Of a DNA stretch of 64,000 nucleotides, positions 11,971 to 25,530 are shown in pieces. Both the position numbers and the translations under genes were made by a program. Positions within the stretch are counted from its first letter, which is position 1. Every line of letters starts with the position of its first letter. The notes under the pieces were generated by a model. It was not told the origin of the DNA. It saw nothing but the letters and a program-made list of their open reading frames with translations, and did no database searches. The stretch comes from Phoronis australis. Its lineage: Eukaryota > Animalia > Phoronida. The stretch spans positions 49,128 through 113,127 of the forward strand of contig NMRA01000247.1 in the NCBI GenBank assembly GCA_002633005.1, given 5' to 3'.

Positions 11971-13475
11971 ATGCTCCCACATATATGTGGACGCATTATG
12001 CCGTCATCTCTGTCTGGCATCGACTGCTCTATCTCCAAAACCCTTTGACATACGTTCATGAAATTTGGCACATATGTTCCATTCATGAATGGGACGGCAC
12101 GAGCGAACTTTCTGACTGATCCGACTACAGGTGTGCCCCCTAGTGGCAATTTTAGTTTTTTATGCTTACCTTTGTATCTTCAAAATTTTTAACGTATTTT
12201 CATGAAATTTGGTATGTAGGCACCTATTAGTGAAGCGACGCTATCCTCCCGTTTTCGGATGGCTTCGACATAGTTTGCACCACCTAGTGGCCGTTTTTAC
12301 TGTTTTTGAGTCTGTTTTTTTGCGTCCACCCCTCTATCAACCAAACCGCTCAAATGCTGATTGTGAAAATTGGCATGTATGTCCTTACTATGAACAGAAT
12401 GGTTGACGATGATTTTCCGACGATTTCGACTGCTGTGGCGCCTCCTAGTGGCAGTTTTTTTTGCGCCTATGGCTGTATCTCCTAAACCATTGGCAGGATC
12501 TTTACGAAATTTAGTAAGTATATTTACATGATGTTAAAACAACAGACGACGATGACTTTCGGACAGATTTGACCACTGGTGTGCCACCTAGTGGCAATTT
12601 TATTTTTTTTACGTTTACCTCTGTATCTTCAAAGGTCCTCATCGTATTTTCATAAAATTTGGCATATAGGCATCTATCTCCGTTTTCAGCTGAATAACGA
12701 CCTAGATTGCACCACCTAGTGGCCATTTTTGCTGTGTTCGAGTTTTTTGGATCGTTACTTAATTCAGCAAGTGTATTTTTTATGATGTTGACTACGGATG
12801 ACGACGACTTTCGGACAGATCTGACTACTGCTGTGCCCCTAGTGGCAATTTTAGTTTTTTACATTTAACGCTGTATCTTCAAAGGTCCTCAACAGATTTT
12901 CATAAAATTTTAAATATAGGCATCTATTAGTGTGACGATGCTAACTTCCTGTTTTTGGATGGAATCTAGGTATTTTGCACCACCTAAAAGCCATTTTTGC
13001 TGTTTTCAAATCTTGTTTTTGGCGTCCACCCCTGTATCAACCAAATCATTTGATAATTGGCATATTTGTTCTCAGTGTGAAGACGACCTTTGATGATGGT
13101 GGCTGACTACTGTGGCGCCTCTTAGTGGTAGTTTCGTTTTGCGCCCATAGTTGCATCTCCTAAACCCACTGCAGGATCTTTATTAAGTTTAGTAAGTGTA
13201 TTTATATGAAGATAACAACAGACGACGACGACTTTCAGGCGGATCCAGCGGACACTGTGCCCACTAGTGGCAATTTCATTTTATTCTGTTTTCCTTTGTT
13301 TCTCTGAAGTTCCTTGACACATTTTTATGAAATATGGCATTTTCCTGTTTTTGGATAGATTGTATGTTTTTGCGCCATCTAGTGGCCATTTTTATGATAC
13401 AAATAAATAACCCTAAATGCACACCATTTGCAATGCATTCGTGGGCGCATTTCAACGCTCCGCGTTGCTTTTGTT
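11971..13475 (+). mobile_element. HINE full-length copy
   Basis: Both termini present; 3' end is GTGGGCGCAT ttc AACGCTCCGCGTT gcttttgtt. Confidence 0.88.
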
Positions 13476-13839
13476 TCTATCTGAACACTTTTCACCTGAA
13501 TTACCTGAATTACTTTCTGCGAATGGGTTTAAAGAAGATGGACAAAAATCTTCTTACCACAGGTACACCCACTGAGATTAAGCTGAAGGGTACTAGGGGT
13601 GATATTTCCTCATTGTGAATTTGTCACCTCAGAGAGCCTGTCCAGTGGCTGGAAGCTGACTGGCCAAAAGCAACCTATAGTCGCAGAAGGCGAAGTCTGT
13701 CAGTGGCCACTATTCACATGCACTGTATGAAATTAATGGCTGATAAGGCACTCAGACTTTAATTACGGGCCCATGTGGGTGCATATTGCTAGACTGGGCG
13801 TCAGCAGGTGTATCTCCTATTAATCCCTCTCGGTATCAT

Positions 13840-14450
13840 GTTGAGATTTAGCAGATGTTCCTATGGAGCTGATGATGAATGACGACAAATTTCGGACCTA
13901 TTTGACTACCTGTGTACTTCCTTGTGGCAATGACGATATCCTCCCATTTTCGGGTGGATTCAAGGTATTTTACGCCACCTAGTGGCCATTTTTACTGTTT
14001 TCAAGTCTGTTTTTTGGCTTACGATGATTTTACTACCACTTCCACTACTGTGGCGCCTCATTGTGGTAGTTATGTTTTATTTTTTATGCCATGACTGTAT
14101 CTCCTAAAGGGTCTGCAGGATCTGTATAAATTTAGAAAGCTTAGTGTATTTATGTGAAGTAGGCAACGAACGACAACGACTTTCAGATGTTCCGAGAAAC
14201 GCTGTGCTCCCTATTTTTTCTGATTTCTCTGAAGTTCCTTGATGGATTGTTATGAAATTTGGAAAAAGCTTTCTAGTAAAGAAACAATGACATGTTGCTG
14301 TTTTTGGCTGTATTCATCATCTTTACAGTCTGGTGGCCATTTTTACCGTTTTTTAGTCTGTTTTTGGCATCCGCCCCTCTATTAATCTGATACTCTGATG
14401 ATTTTGAAAATTGGCATTTATGTTACTTGGAGGACAGCTGATGATAATTT
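13840..14450 (+). mobile_element. Degraded internal HINE fragment
   Basis: Similar to internal units (cgccacctagtggccatttttactgttttcaagtctg); no termini. Confidence 0.7.
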
Positions 14451-15512
14451 TTGCACTAAAAAACCCTGACTAGCATGTTCATATTATTAGGGAAAAGTAG
14501 GTCTAGACCTAATAAAAACTTTGGTCAATGAAGAAAGTCTTCTTTTGTCAATCAGTGCCAATGGTGTACAGTCTCGCAGGCGTCAAACGAGCAACAAACT
14601 TGATGGAAAAGATTTCCAATGTTACACATCACTATTCCAAGGGCTCATTGCTCCGAAAGTCCACTACTCCGAAGTTACTGCAAAGTTTCGCTACCTTCGA
14701 AAGTTCTCTACTCCGAAACCAGAACTCCTACAGTTCATTACTCTGATTGTCTGCTAACGAGTCGGAACTGACATGAGAAGAGTATAATTTGTGCCTATTT
14801 AGTAACTATTTAAAGAGTGTACTCATGCTGAGTAGTTATTAAAACATTGATTGCTTTCAACGGAGCTCTGTTCCAATCCCTGCCAATCTTGAATCTTCCA
14901 TCTATCTAACAACTCAATCATTCTCGAGCAGGGACATCAGGTCGGGACTTAGCAATCAATAGCAGCAGTTTTAAATTATAAGAAGACTGAAAGGGTAGCC
15001 TACTAACTACATTTAGTTTCGACCCGACCATGCGCGTGGTTCCAATGGGTGAGTTTAAGTGGCAGCGGCCCTAAACTATCTCAGTCACGCTGTGAAATGA
15101 TGCAACTTTGAAATGGATTTGATGAATGCATCGTGGTTGATAATTCATCAATATTCTTACTTCATAATCGTAACGTGGGAACATTCTGAGCCTTTCTGGA
15201 CCAAATTACATCCGTCAGGGCATCCTCATTTCTGGTATTATGAATTTCATCTGATCTTGGGAACATACAGCTGAGAGTCGTCATTGTTTATATAGATTTC
15301 CCTCCCCCTAGTTAAGCTGAGTCAAAGGTCTTACCAAAAACTCTACACTGTTGACCTTTGCTAAACATCAAAGGTCCAACGTATTAGAAATTTCAACCAC
15401 CCCCGCGCATTGCTGGCTACGGGCCTGCAGTGGTATATGATGACAATGCGCTGGCAGCATTCATTTTCTTAGGGTGACTCTCCTGCCAGCCGTTAGAAAC
15501 ATGGCATGTGAT

Positions 15513-16461
15513 CATAGGCGGCTTTAGGGGGGGGCGCCCCCCCTTGGCTGCCTCAAAATATAAAACAGCAAAAGTGTAGAGAAATGTTGAGTTTATTAAT
15601 TAACCCCAGTAATTAAAATTATACAGCTGAAACAAGATTTAAATGTGTGCAGTTTTAGTGTGTTTGGGGGGGGTCCAGATCCAATTTCAAGTGTCAAATT
15701 CGGAACATGGCGCAATCGTTTTAGAAATATGGCTAAGTATAGGCGCTCTCTCGCGATACGCCAGGCGACCGGCAGTCGTGGCGCTGGGCACGACTCCGTT
15801 TCCGTCGTCTGCTCCACTGTGCAATGAAGAAAATCACTTCATTTTTTAAAGAAAATGGAATCTGAGTGATGATGAAAAAACAGAAGCTGCTGGTAAGATG
15901 GGAATTGTAATCAAAGCCTTAGTGAATCACTCAGAAACTCACACTTCTCTCTTTGTCTAACCTTAACTTCAGACGATTTCCAAAGCAATCGTGTCATTAT
16001 TGCCAACACAAAAAATGGATTTGGTCTTTTGGGTAATTGAAGACTATTTTAAATATAACAAATTTGTAACAAATTGATTGCACAAAATATAAAACATGTA
16101 ATAAGCATTACAAAAGAAGGAGGTTTCACACGCAGACGCTGTGAACCATAAACAAGTAGGTCTTTTAGTGTCAACTTAGGCGTTAAAGCGTGGTGGTGCA
16201 GTGGTAAAGCACGCGCGCATTATTCGCCAGGTCGTGAGTTCGAGTCTGTGGTAATTGTAGTTTTTCCTGTTTGACACTTTCTATCTTTTTTTTGCCTTTT
16301 TTCTTGGATAATACTTCGGGAATAAAGGAAAATGCTTGATTTTTAGAGGAAAAAAAAAATTTCATTCGGTGTTGTGCGCATCTACAATCGTGCATTGAGC
16401 AAATGTTTACGGACAAAATGTTGCCCCCCGCCCCCCTTGTGATATCCTAGATCCGCCAGTG
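15513..16461. mobile_element. Non-autonomous TIR DNA element with 5-bp TSD (GTGAT)
   Basis: Ends CATAGGCGG...CCGCCAGTG with G/C-run subtermini; GTGAT at 15508-15512 and 16462-16466. Confidence 0.7.
16186..16250 (+). other. tRNA-derived (pol III A/B box) sequence, not a functional tRNA
   Basis: A box TGGTGCAGTGG and B box GAGTTCGAGTC; no convincing acceptor stem. Confidence 0.55.
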
Positions 16462-17960
16462 GTGATGCGCAGTGGGTACATGTTAAAGCCCCAGCATTGC
16501 TGTTGTTTTAACCAAACGGTGACTCCGAAATTACAGATTCTCATCTAGCTTCTTCTATGAAGTATCGTTCAGAAAATAGCTAAGAGACTTAACATAAAGT
16601 TCAAAATTTCATGCCCTTGTAGGTGCGAAATATGTAAAAAAATTAACTTTTGAGGAATATATCAATGTTTATTGCAGAAAACAACAAGTAAAATAATGAG
16701 AAACTAAACGTAACTGTGAACACATTACAGTACCTTACAATACAAAATAAATATAATTGAAATAATAACAAATATGAACCTTAACATCAAAGTCACAAAG
16801 AAATAGATGTGAAATTCTAACACATGTTTTAGTAACATTGTAAAAAATAATGTTTATTGTTGGTTGAAAGGATACCGAACCCAGTTTTGGCCATTAACGG
16901 ATACTTAGAATGACTCTCTGACTCGGTTCTCTGAAACAAAATAATACTAGATGTAACCCTCGATGACCTTCAACAAGTTAGAGGGAAATTTTGAAAACTC
17001 CTTTCGAAGACTGCTATGACCTATGCTTTTAGCAAATTACACGGCAACTGAAGAACAGACTTCCCACCAAAGAACATAATGTTCAATCTGTGACAATAAG
17101 GAGTATGAGTTTTCAGTTGATTCCGGCCTTTAACTTGAAAGATTGATGCCAATGATGCATTAACAAGTCACAGAACGAGCATTGGTGGAAAACATCAAAA
17201 CTAGGTTTAGTATCCTTTTAAAGGTAAAATCCAACCTTGTTATGCTTCCTGTCAGCAAGATAATAGACAAACTTTCAAGACATGATTTTAGCACAAGTAT
17301 GTAAGTTTACAAAAAACTTGTTACAACAGACTGTTATACCAGCCACAAACTGAAGTAGGTGCCCTCTAGCAAATCACTGTCACCCACTGTCTTAGTTCTG
17401 GCACTGAGTTTGCTCACATGTCCAGTGTTACTTGGCACCAAACACTGGTAACAATGCAGCACACCAAACTCAAATACCTTTAACCTGGCGGTTCTTTCAG
17501 GAGATTGGATTAGAAGGAATCGGGTAAATGTTTTGCTTTCATGGATATGTTGCGAATGGGTATTCTATCTGCAGCTATCCTTCATGCAACCTCAGCTATT
17601 GTATGTGAACCATGATGCAGACGAAAAAGATGACCACCTGGAGGTGGATCTCATTTTACGTGCTGTCAGGGATTAATGATATTTATCCAAATGAGAGCTT
17701 TTTTGAGCCTCAAGTTTATAATGTACAACCAGGTTTGTTCACAGGCATTTGCGAGTTATTTCTGCAGCAACATCTGTTTTTTCTGCCATAAGAGGGTTGA
17801 CATTGCAAACGGTGTGTTGTGTGCAGACAGGTTTAATCCGCAGTGCATGCCAAAAATAAGGGAGGACCCATAATTTCATGATGACAATCTCCTTTCGCTC
17901 AGCCGTCATTATGGGTAATGCTGCTTGTGCTCTGCCGTCACGATAGGAAATTCTCAGTTA

Positions 17961-19114
17961 CCATGTCCGCCCTAATAAGCACCGAGGGCGCTTGGAAAAT
18001 TCGCTTTAGGAAGGGGTGTGCTTATTTTTGACTCGACAAATTACCTGAAGTTTTTGAGATAGCGTCCCTAACATTTTAAAGTTCCTTTAGAGTTGGAATT
18101 AATTGCATACTAAGTCCAAATCTATGCTAGATTGTACTCTGCAACACGAGAAAAATCTCTGGACGAACACACATGTTGTTGCCACGTGATTGAAGTTTGT
18201 CTGTCTGTGAGTATGCGAGCCCATGTGTGTCATCAGAGTTCATTTGCCAGACCTATATGTGTGCAACTAAAGAAATTAACACATTCAAGCAGTAATAAAA
18301 GCAGAATGTGTTTTATTTAGCACTTCTTGATCTCACCAGCTAAAAACACTCAAGAATTGTTTCAGTAAGCCAAAATATCGAGTCGCCGGGTGACTGGATG
18401 CGTGACAGTATAACAGTTATTTTTCGGGAGATTCGGGGAGCGTAATGGCGCGGAAGTGTTCGCTATCAGTGGGTCATTGTGACTTTAAAAATACCAATTA
18501 CGATTCATTTGATAATTCCTCCTAAAAAAACGCAAACCTTTTTTACTGGATTAGAAATTTTCAGAAGTAAGTGCCAGACACTTCTTGCCCATGCTATGCT
18601 ACCTGTTTTGTGAATAGATAGTTCCTGAAGACTAACATTCAATGACAGGTACTTGTATGTAGCACGCGCTTTTAACAAAGGTCAAGTTTTATTAGTCTTC
18701 GATTTGCAGTTTTCATGAATACAAAGAATTTGGATTCCAATGAGGGAAAATATCTGTACGGGAAAGATACAATTGACAGTCCCTTTGACAAGTACGCTGC
18801 GTCTGTTCAGAAAGGCCAGACCATAATAGGATACGTCCCTCGCAAGATCAGTGAAACTTTTGTGTTCTTTTTTGAAGCACGGCGGAAGTTTATAGTGTAT
18901 AGTCGCGGCTAAATACGGACATAGTGGCATGGCTCGTGGTCTACAAATTCCGTGCAAATGATTTTTCAGGGCTGTCGGATCTTATTCATAAATTGAATTT
19001 TAGAACTGTATGTAAGGCATTTTTCACATGTACACGGCGTCCATGGACTGGGCGCTTATTTTAGCAAAGTCTGAAAACGCATGGGGGCGCTTATAGGGGC
19101 AAGGGCGAACATGG
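17961..19114 (+). mobile_element. pogo/Tc1-mariner-like non-autonomous element with TA TSD, carrying a decayed HIRAN-like ORF (about 18700-18970)
   Basis: TIR CCATGT(C/T)CGCCCT at both ends, flanked by TA. Internal translation SPFDKYAASVQKGQTIIGYVPRKIS...GLQIPCK. Confidence 0.72.
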
Positions 19115-19568
19115 TACTTTATCTGCAGTCGTGGCATGTCTTGTAGAAATGGTAATTTCCCCAGTTCCATTCATGACAGCAACTGAAGTGCACCTCATAA
19201 GGTAAGACACTTCCAAGACATTTGTTGTGAGAAATCTTAGCTTGTGGAAAAGAAACTAATTCAATGGACAGTTTTTTTGAACAATTCAACATTCCAGCTT
19301 TGACTGCACCTCCAAGGAAGTTGGACAAGTGTCTAGCTTGCTACTTATCTCAAAGACAATTATTGAACATTAAGTTTCGCAACAGTGGTGGACCAGTGAG
19401 TACCTGCTTTAAATTGTATGGGTTTCCTTATTAATTAGAAACCTAAGCAGAAAAGTGTGGGTCCATTATTTACCACATTAAGTACATTGTATTATGTACA
19501 GTTTGACACAAAATGGAGCTAGAGTTACACGACACAACTGGCAAGAAATCCAACATGACAGTGTTCCT

Positions 19569-20959
19569 AACAAGAGCAATGCGCCCACGAATTCACTGCA
19601 CACTTGCTTCTAAGGGTGATTTATTTGTATCATATAACGAGCAACACGGAGCGCTGAAATGTGCACACGAATGCACTGCACACTTGCTTCTAAGGGCGTT
19701 TTATTTGTATCGTATAACAAGAGCAACGCGGAGCGTTGAAATGCGCCCACGAATGCACTGAAAATGGTGTGCTTTTAGGGTTATTTATTTGTATTCTAAA
19801 AATGGCCACTAGATGGCACAAAAACATACAATCCATGCCAGAACCAGGAACATGCCATATTTCATACAAATGTGTTAAGAAACTTCAGTGCAACAAAGGA
19901 AAACGGAATAAAATGAAATTGCCACTAGTGGGCAAAGTGTCCGTTGAATCCGCCTGAAAGTCGTCGTCGTCTGTTGTCATCTTCATATTAATACACTTAC
20001 TAAATTTAGTAAAGATCCTGCAGTGGGTTTAGGAGATAAAACTGTGGGTGCAAAACTTAAGTAACACTAGGAGGCACCACAGTAGTCAGCCACCATCATC
20101 AAAGGTCGTCTTCACACTGAGAACATATATGCCAATTTTCAAATGATTTGGTTGAAACGGGTGGAGGCCAAAAACAAGATTTGAAAACAGCAAAAAAGGC
20201 CACTAGGTGGTGCAAAATACCTCGATTCCATCCAAAAACAGGAGGATAGCATCATCACACCAATAGATGCCTATATTTAAAATTTTATGAAAATCTGGTG
20301 AGGACCTTTGAAGATACCGAGTCAAACGTAAAAAATTAAAATTGCCACTAGGGGGCACAGCAGTAGTCAGATCTGTCCGAAAGTAGTCATCATCCGTAGT
20401 CAACATCATATAAATAGACTTGCGAAATTAGGTAAAGATCCTGTGAACGGTTTAGGAGATACAGCCATAGGCGCAACAAAAACAAAACTGCCACTAGGAA
20501 GCGCCACAGTAGTCGAAATCGTCCTCTTTATAGTAAGCACATACATACCAATTTTCACAATCATCCTTTGAGCAGTTTGGTTGATAGAGGGGTGGACGCA
20601 AAAAAACACTCTAAAACAGTAAAGATGGCCATTGGGTGGTGCAAACTACGTCAAATCCAACCCAAAACGGAAGGATAGCATCATCTCACTAATAGGTGTC
20701 TACATATTAAATTTCATGAAAATCCGTTCAAAACTTTTGAAGATACAAAGGTAAACGCAAAAAATAAAATTGCCAATAGGGGCACACCGGTCGTCGGATC
20801 TGTCAGAAAGTTCGCTCTTGCCGTTCCATTCATCTATGGAACATATGTGCCAAATTTCATGAACGTATGTTGAAGGGTTTTGGAGATAGAGTAGCGGACG
20901 CCGCCTGGACGGACGGAGATGACGGCATAATGCGTCCACATATAAATATGTGGGCGCAT
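19569..20959 (-). mobile_element. HINE copy (19716-20959) followed by two extra stacked 3' ends
   Basis: Reverse-complement termini intact; additional 3'-end units start at 19569 and 19636. Confidence 0.88.
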
Positions 20960-21581
20960 AAAAATTGCCTCTAGGGGGCACGTCTGTAGTCGGAGAAGTC
21001 CAAAATTCATCATCTGTCGAAGGCAGTAGTATTTAACAGCCACAACACTGAGATGTCTTCATAATGGTCTAATTAGATGTCTGCATTGAACAAGAGAAAC
21101 AACATATCTTCAGACAGAGTAAATGTTCATCTTCACACTGAACACGCTATTTCTCAAACTATTTTCAAGGTAATGTCCTCTCTATCACTAATCAAGTTTC
21201 GAGTAAAAACATAGACATTTACATCCAAAGGTATTATTTCTTTGTTACAATGTCGCATAATATAATAAGTTGTGGAACTCTCTTAAGAAAGCAAAAACAC
21301 TCGTCTTAGAGGCAAACTTACAGACAAGGTGTGCAACCCAACCAACACAAAAGAACAAGTATTCATAACACAGCAGACCTGAGAATTGAGCCGAATGACG
21401 AGTCGCTAGAGCAATCCCAGACTACACGGTCATAGAACTCTTTGTCCCAGACAAAAGAAATCCAGCACATTTTCCCAGATATAATAAAAAGGCAAGGTGA
21501 AATACTCTCAATTTCAACCGTTCATTAAATACTGGAATTGAATATGTATTTTCAAGAAAGGTAATTCTGTTTTGTTAAAAA

Positions 21582-21750
21582 TCAGCCCAATGAACTTGTT
21601 TTACCCACTCGCTTCACACTTTCTAGTCTCATTGATGTCGGGAAGTTGAAGAAGTTCACATCACATATCCACAGGTATTTGTCCTGTCTATCAAACTTTT
21701 TCAAATCAGAACTGCAGCCCACAGCCATGCAGTAACATTTTGTTAGCATT
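21582..21750 (-). pseudogene. THAP zinc-finger N-terminal remnant (probably transposon-derived)
   Basis: MLTKCYCMAVGCSSDLKK...FFNFPT fits the THAP CxxxxC...FFxFP pattern; the downstream W and CxxHF were not found. Confidence 0.5.
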
Positions 21751-22139
21751 GGAAGGACGAATATAGTAATGCAGCCAAGACTTGCAAAGGTTCGGAAAAC
21801 AAAAAAGTATGTGGAACTCCGATGGCACAAAAACGAGACAGCAAGTGAGCGTGACGGATCATTATGGGATAGAGGGTAAATGCATCGAGCTCAGTTTTAA
21901 TGCTGCTATAATTCGGTTTCATTTTATTCTATAAATGTTTTTTCACACATTCTAAAAGTTCACTCAATCGCTAGTCTTATATTGAATTCATGCCAAAGAC
22001 TACGTTTTGCAACGGATAGAGATTCACGGAAGTTTGTTTCTTGTAGTAGAGTTAGGCATATTACTTCATGGACACATGCGGGTTATTCTTGATTTGACAC
22101 ACCATTGCATATAGGTACATGTACAAAACTAAGAGAGAG

Positions 22140-22209
22140 AGAGCAGCGGACGCCGCACGGACGCCCGGAGATGACGGCATAATGCGTCCACATATAAATA
22201 TGTGGGCGC
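22140..22209 (-). mobile_element. Isolated HINE 5' end
   Basis: gagatgacggcataatgcgtccacatataaatatgtgggcgc followed by an A-run. Confidence 0.85.
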
Positions 22210-23782
22210 AAAAAAAAAATCTGCCAAAAATGAAAGATATTTAGGAATTCGGTTGAGGTTGATACACAGAATAATGTCACGTGGGATATTACTTCATCTA
22301 TGCTAATCGAGATACGTTTTGTGTATGTATTAGATATTCACAGCTAATACATGTTTATTAAGTACACAATACTTCGGAAAAAAGTTGTTTTCTCAGGTAA
22401 AAAAAAACATCAAAAGCTCAGTTTGCACTGTAAAGCTGTCAAACTTTTGGGTAGAATTTAGCACCTACATGTAATTCAAGCCTTAAAAATATGTTAGGAA
22501 ATTTTATCAGTTTTGTCTGCTGGGCTTTGAATAGTTTTGCTGTTGGGTTGAAAAGCACTATAAAGTATATAAAAGATTAGAAAAAAGATTAGAAATTAAA
22601 TCTATGAGAGAATTACTTTTTAAATATTTGCTATCTTTTAGAATGACAGCATTCTAAATACATTACATGCATGAGATTAGACACCAACATTTAAAATTAA
22701 GATAAAGTTTTCTGCAGACAGGCCCACCTTCAGATGCATACACTCAGTGGGTATATAATTATAAGGAAAAAGTTTCACAGATACGTCCAATGACATACAT
22801 TTGTAAAAAATGTTCATGTTTGATTCCTAAACGTTTCCCAGTTTCATAGGAAATGGAGACTGAAACCACAACTTAATAATGAGTAAATTTTCCATTATCA
22901 ACATTTACCTTTTGGTATAACCATACAAATCACCAACAGTGTTTGTATTTACCATCTTGCTTGGAATTTTAGCAAGCTAGTGTTTATACACTCAAACGTA
23001 TATTCATCACTTCCAAATATAAGACTGGGAGCCTTAATTTAACCTTTTGGTCCCAAAACTAAAGTATTTTACCGATGTACACACCAGGCTTGTCCGCAGA
23101 AAAGTGCCATATCGTAATTATGGCTAGCTCAGCACAGCTTGTTTTGGTCAACTAGTTGAAACAAAGACAATTAAATATGCTTTAATTTTCTACAGTATCA
23201 TGGTCTCAAACAAAATCTACTTGGTCCTGAGTTCTTTCCAATACATTATACTTGACAAATCATTCAAAACGATTCAGACACCTTCATCTATTGATGGTCG
23301 ATTTGACAACCAAGACTTTGCTGAAGGCATGACACTTATTCGACCCTGCAAAAATAGTTTGTTCACCCCATTCCCAATGATGGTCACTAGGAAAAGCATC
23401 TTTCCCGTTCAAAGCGTCAATGACAGTAAAATTCATGTGATCTTTTGACTTACAAGGCAACCCAAAAACAAACCAACAAAAACTGTATAATACTGCAAAT
23501 TTGGAAAAAACAATGAGTTCAAAGAAAATGACTCGTGTGGATAAAACTTGGTGAAATGGTCATACATAGCTGATGTTTCAATCCACAAATTAAAAAATAA
23601 ATGGTGAGGATTTAACCTAGGATTTATTGCACATCACTGCAGCCTCTATTTTATTAATTAGGATTTATTAAAAATTGATTGTTCTTTTTTGGATCACCCT
23701 GTAAGCCATTCCCCAAGCTACATCACAGCTGCCACCAGGTGAGGCAGCCGTCAACTCTGTTCCTCTTAGTCGTCAGTCAAGA

Positions 23783-23848
23783 TCACAGCCTTGTCACAGC
23801 CGAGTCTACATTCAGAGCAGACGCCTCCAGCACAGGACTGGGATCAAC
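23783..23848 (-). CDS. ARRDC: Alpha-arrestin terminal coding exon
   Basis: aaccag acceptor; encodes VDPSPVLEASALNVDSAVTRL*. The junction gives PPPAYSE-VDP, like the PPPxYxE(V/I)DP tail of vertebrate ARRDC3/TXNIP. Confidence 0.88.
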   Translation of the reverse strand, partial: VDPSPVLEASALNVDSAVTRL

Positions 23849-25005
23849 CTGGTTCACAACAAAATTCATTAGGCAGCTACATCGTGAAATTTTGTTGCAT
23901 TTAGGGGTACTCTCACTACAGTTAGCTATCACTGATATAAACCATGTTTTTAAGCTATTTCCTGTCACATTGATAATAGTCACTCGCAGGGGTTCTGCAT
24001 TTTGAGAATAATTTTTTTTCCAGTGAGTAGCAGGCATCAAAGTGGTGCTCAAGATACGGAACCCTTCTATAAATATTGACATGTCACTGCATATCATTGA
24101 GTATTTGGCAGTGATAAGCTCTGTTTAATATGTGCCTGTGAATTCACATTAAGCGTGCTGTGCTGTTAAAAACAAAAGTTAAGTTATAACATATCTGAAC
24201 ATAAACCAATAGCATTTCTGAATTCCTCGTCAAATGCTGATCGTGTTTAGACATTGAATCACTAAAATCGCTCAATTACAACCAAAGTTACAAGCTATTC
24301 TTTCCGAACCTACCAATTCGCTCTGGGTTTGATTGTATGCACAGGTGCTCTGTAATAAGCCTGGTAGATAATTGATCTACCTGTTGTCATACCAGACAAA
24401 AGACTGTGCTTGGCAGTTAACAAAGGAGCTAGATGTTAGGATGTTTTCAACTATGACAATTCTACTTGCTAAATATCAACAAGTATTGATCTCAAACTTT
24501 GCCTTCCAATTCTTTTCACACACAAAATTCGGCTAGACATAGTAACATCACATTAAGATCTAGCTAAAGTTAGACAAATGCAACAAAGCTCAACCAAACT
24601 ACAAAATAATTCTGGCAAGAAGTCTGTCCAAGTCTGTCTTGTTTTATTTCAAAATTACAGCTGTTTTGTTTAAATCTCAGGACTTTCACTTGGTTATGAG
24701 GGCAAAAAATTTCTATGAGACAGGCAGAGCTAAATGGCAAAGTGTATCATACAGTAAGGCATTAAAAGAATCAGCATGACCAACATTAATTCAGGCGAAA
24801 TAACCTTATCTAGCGGGGTTACAATCAGATTGAATCAAGTCGAAAGAAATGGCCTAAATGTAGCCAACAAAATACGATGGGAGTTAGCTTACCAATTGAG
24901 ATACCAATAAAATTAGACTAATGAAATATAAATTAATCGTTTTCAACCAATTTAGAAAAATGACCAGACTCTCCATCAGTAGCCTTCACCAGAAGGAAAA
25001 CTTAC

Positions 25006-25151
25006 CTCTGAGTAAGCAGGAGGTGGCACATAATTATGGACGTACACATACATGGGGGTGTAGGTACAATCCCCCTCCATGCCCTCAAGGTCATCGTCCT
25101 CATCCAAAATACTGACAGGACCTTCTACACTTTCCATGTAGGTGGGTGGAT
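25006..25151 (-). CDS. ARRDC: Alpha-arrestin exon 8
   Basis: ttatag / gtaagt; encodes (D)PPTYMESVEGPVSILDEDDDLEGMEGDCTYTPMYVYVHNYVPPPAYSE, with two PPxY motifs. Confidence 0.93.
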
Positions 25152-25386
25152 CTATAATATTGTGAGGAATAGCCAGGCGTCAGCTTGTAAATAAATCCTA
25201 ATGAGGCATATGAAAAGAATACATTGACAGAAAGCAACAACACCAGAAATTTTCTGTCATAACAGTTGGCCAGAGGCCAAATTCACCACAGGAGTAGTCT
25301 TTTCTCATGATTGACACTGAAGACAAATAAACAGTTAGCAAAGTGTAATCTGTAATCTTGCTGCGTTGATACTTATAACCAAACTG

Positions 25387-25530
25387 CATATGGGCGGCGT
25401 ACCATAAGGGGCTGGGTGGGTGGCTATAGCCCCCACTTATTTGAGTGCTGCACCGCCTATAGGCAAGGTGGAGCATCATAGGGGGTGGGGCGCCTATAGC
25501 CCCACTTGTTTCAGTGCTGCGCCGCCTATG
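25387..25530. mobile_element. Tiny dimeric TIR element with 5-bp TSD (AACTG)
   Basis: CATATGGGCGGCG...CGCCGCCTATG; two internal ~70-bp copies (ctatagccccactt...gtgctgc.ccgcctat); AACTG on both sides. Confidence 0.75.
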
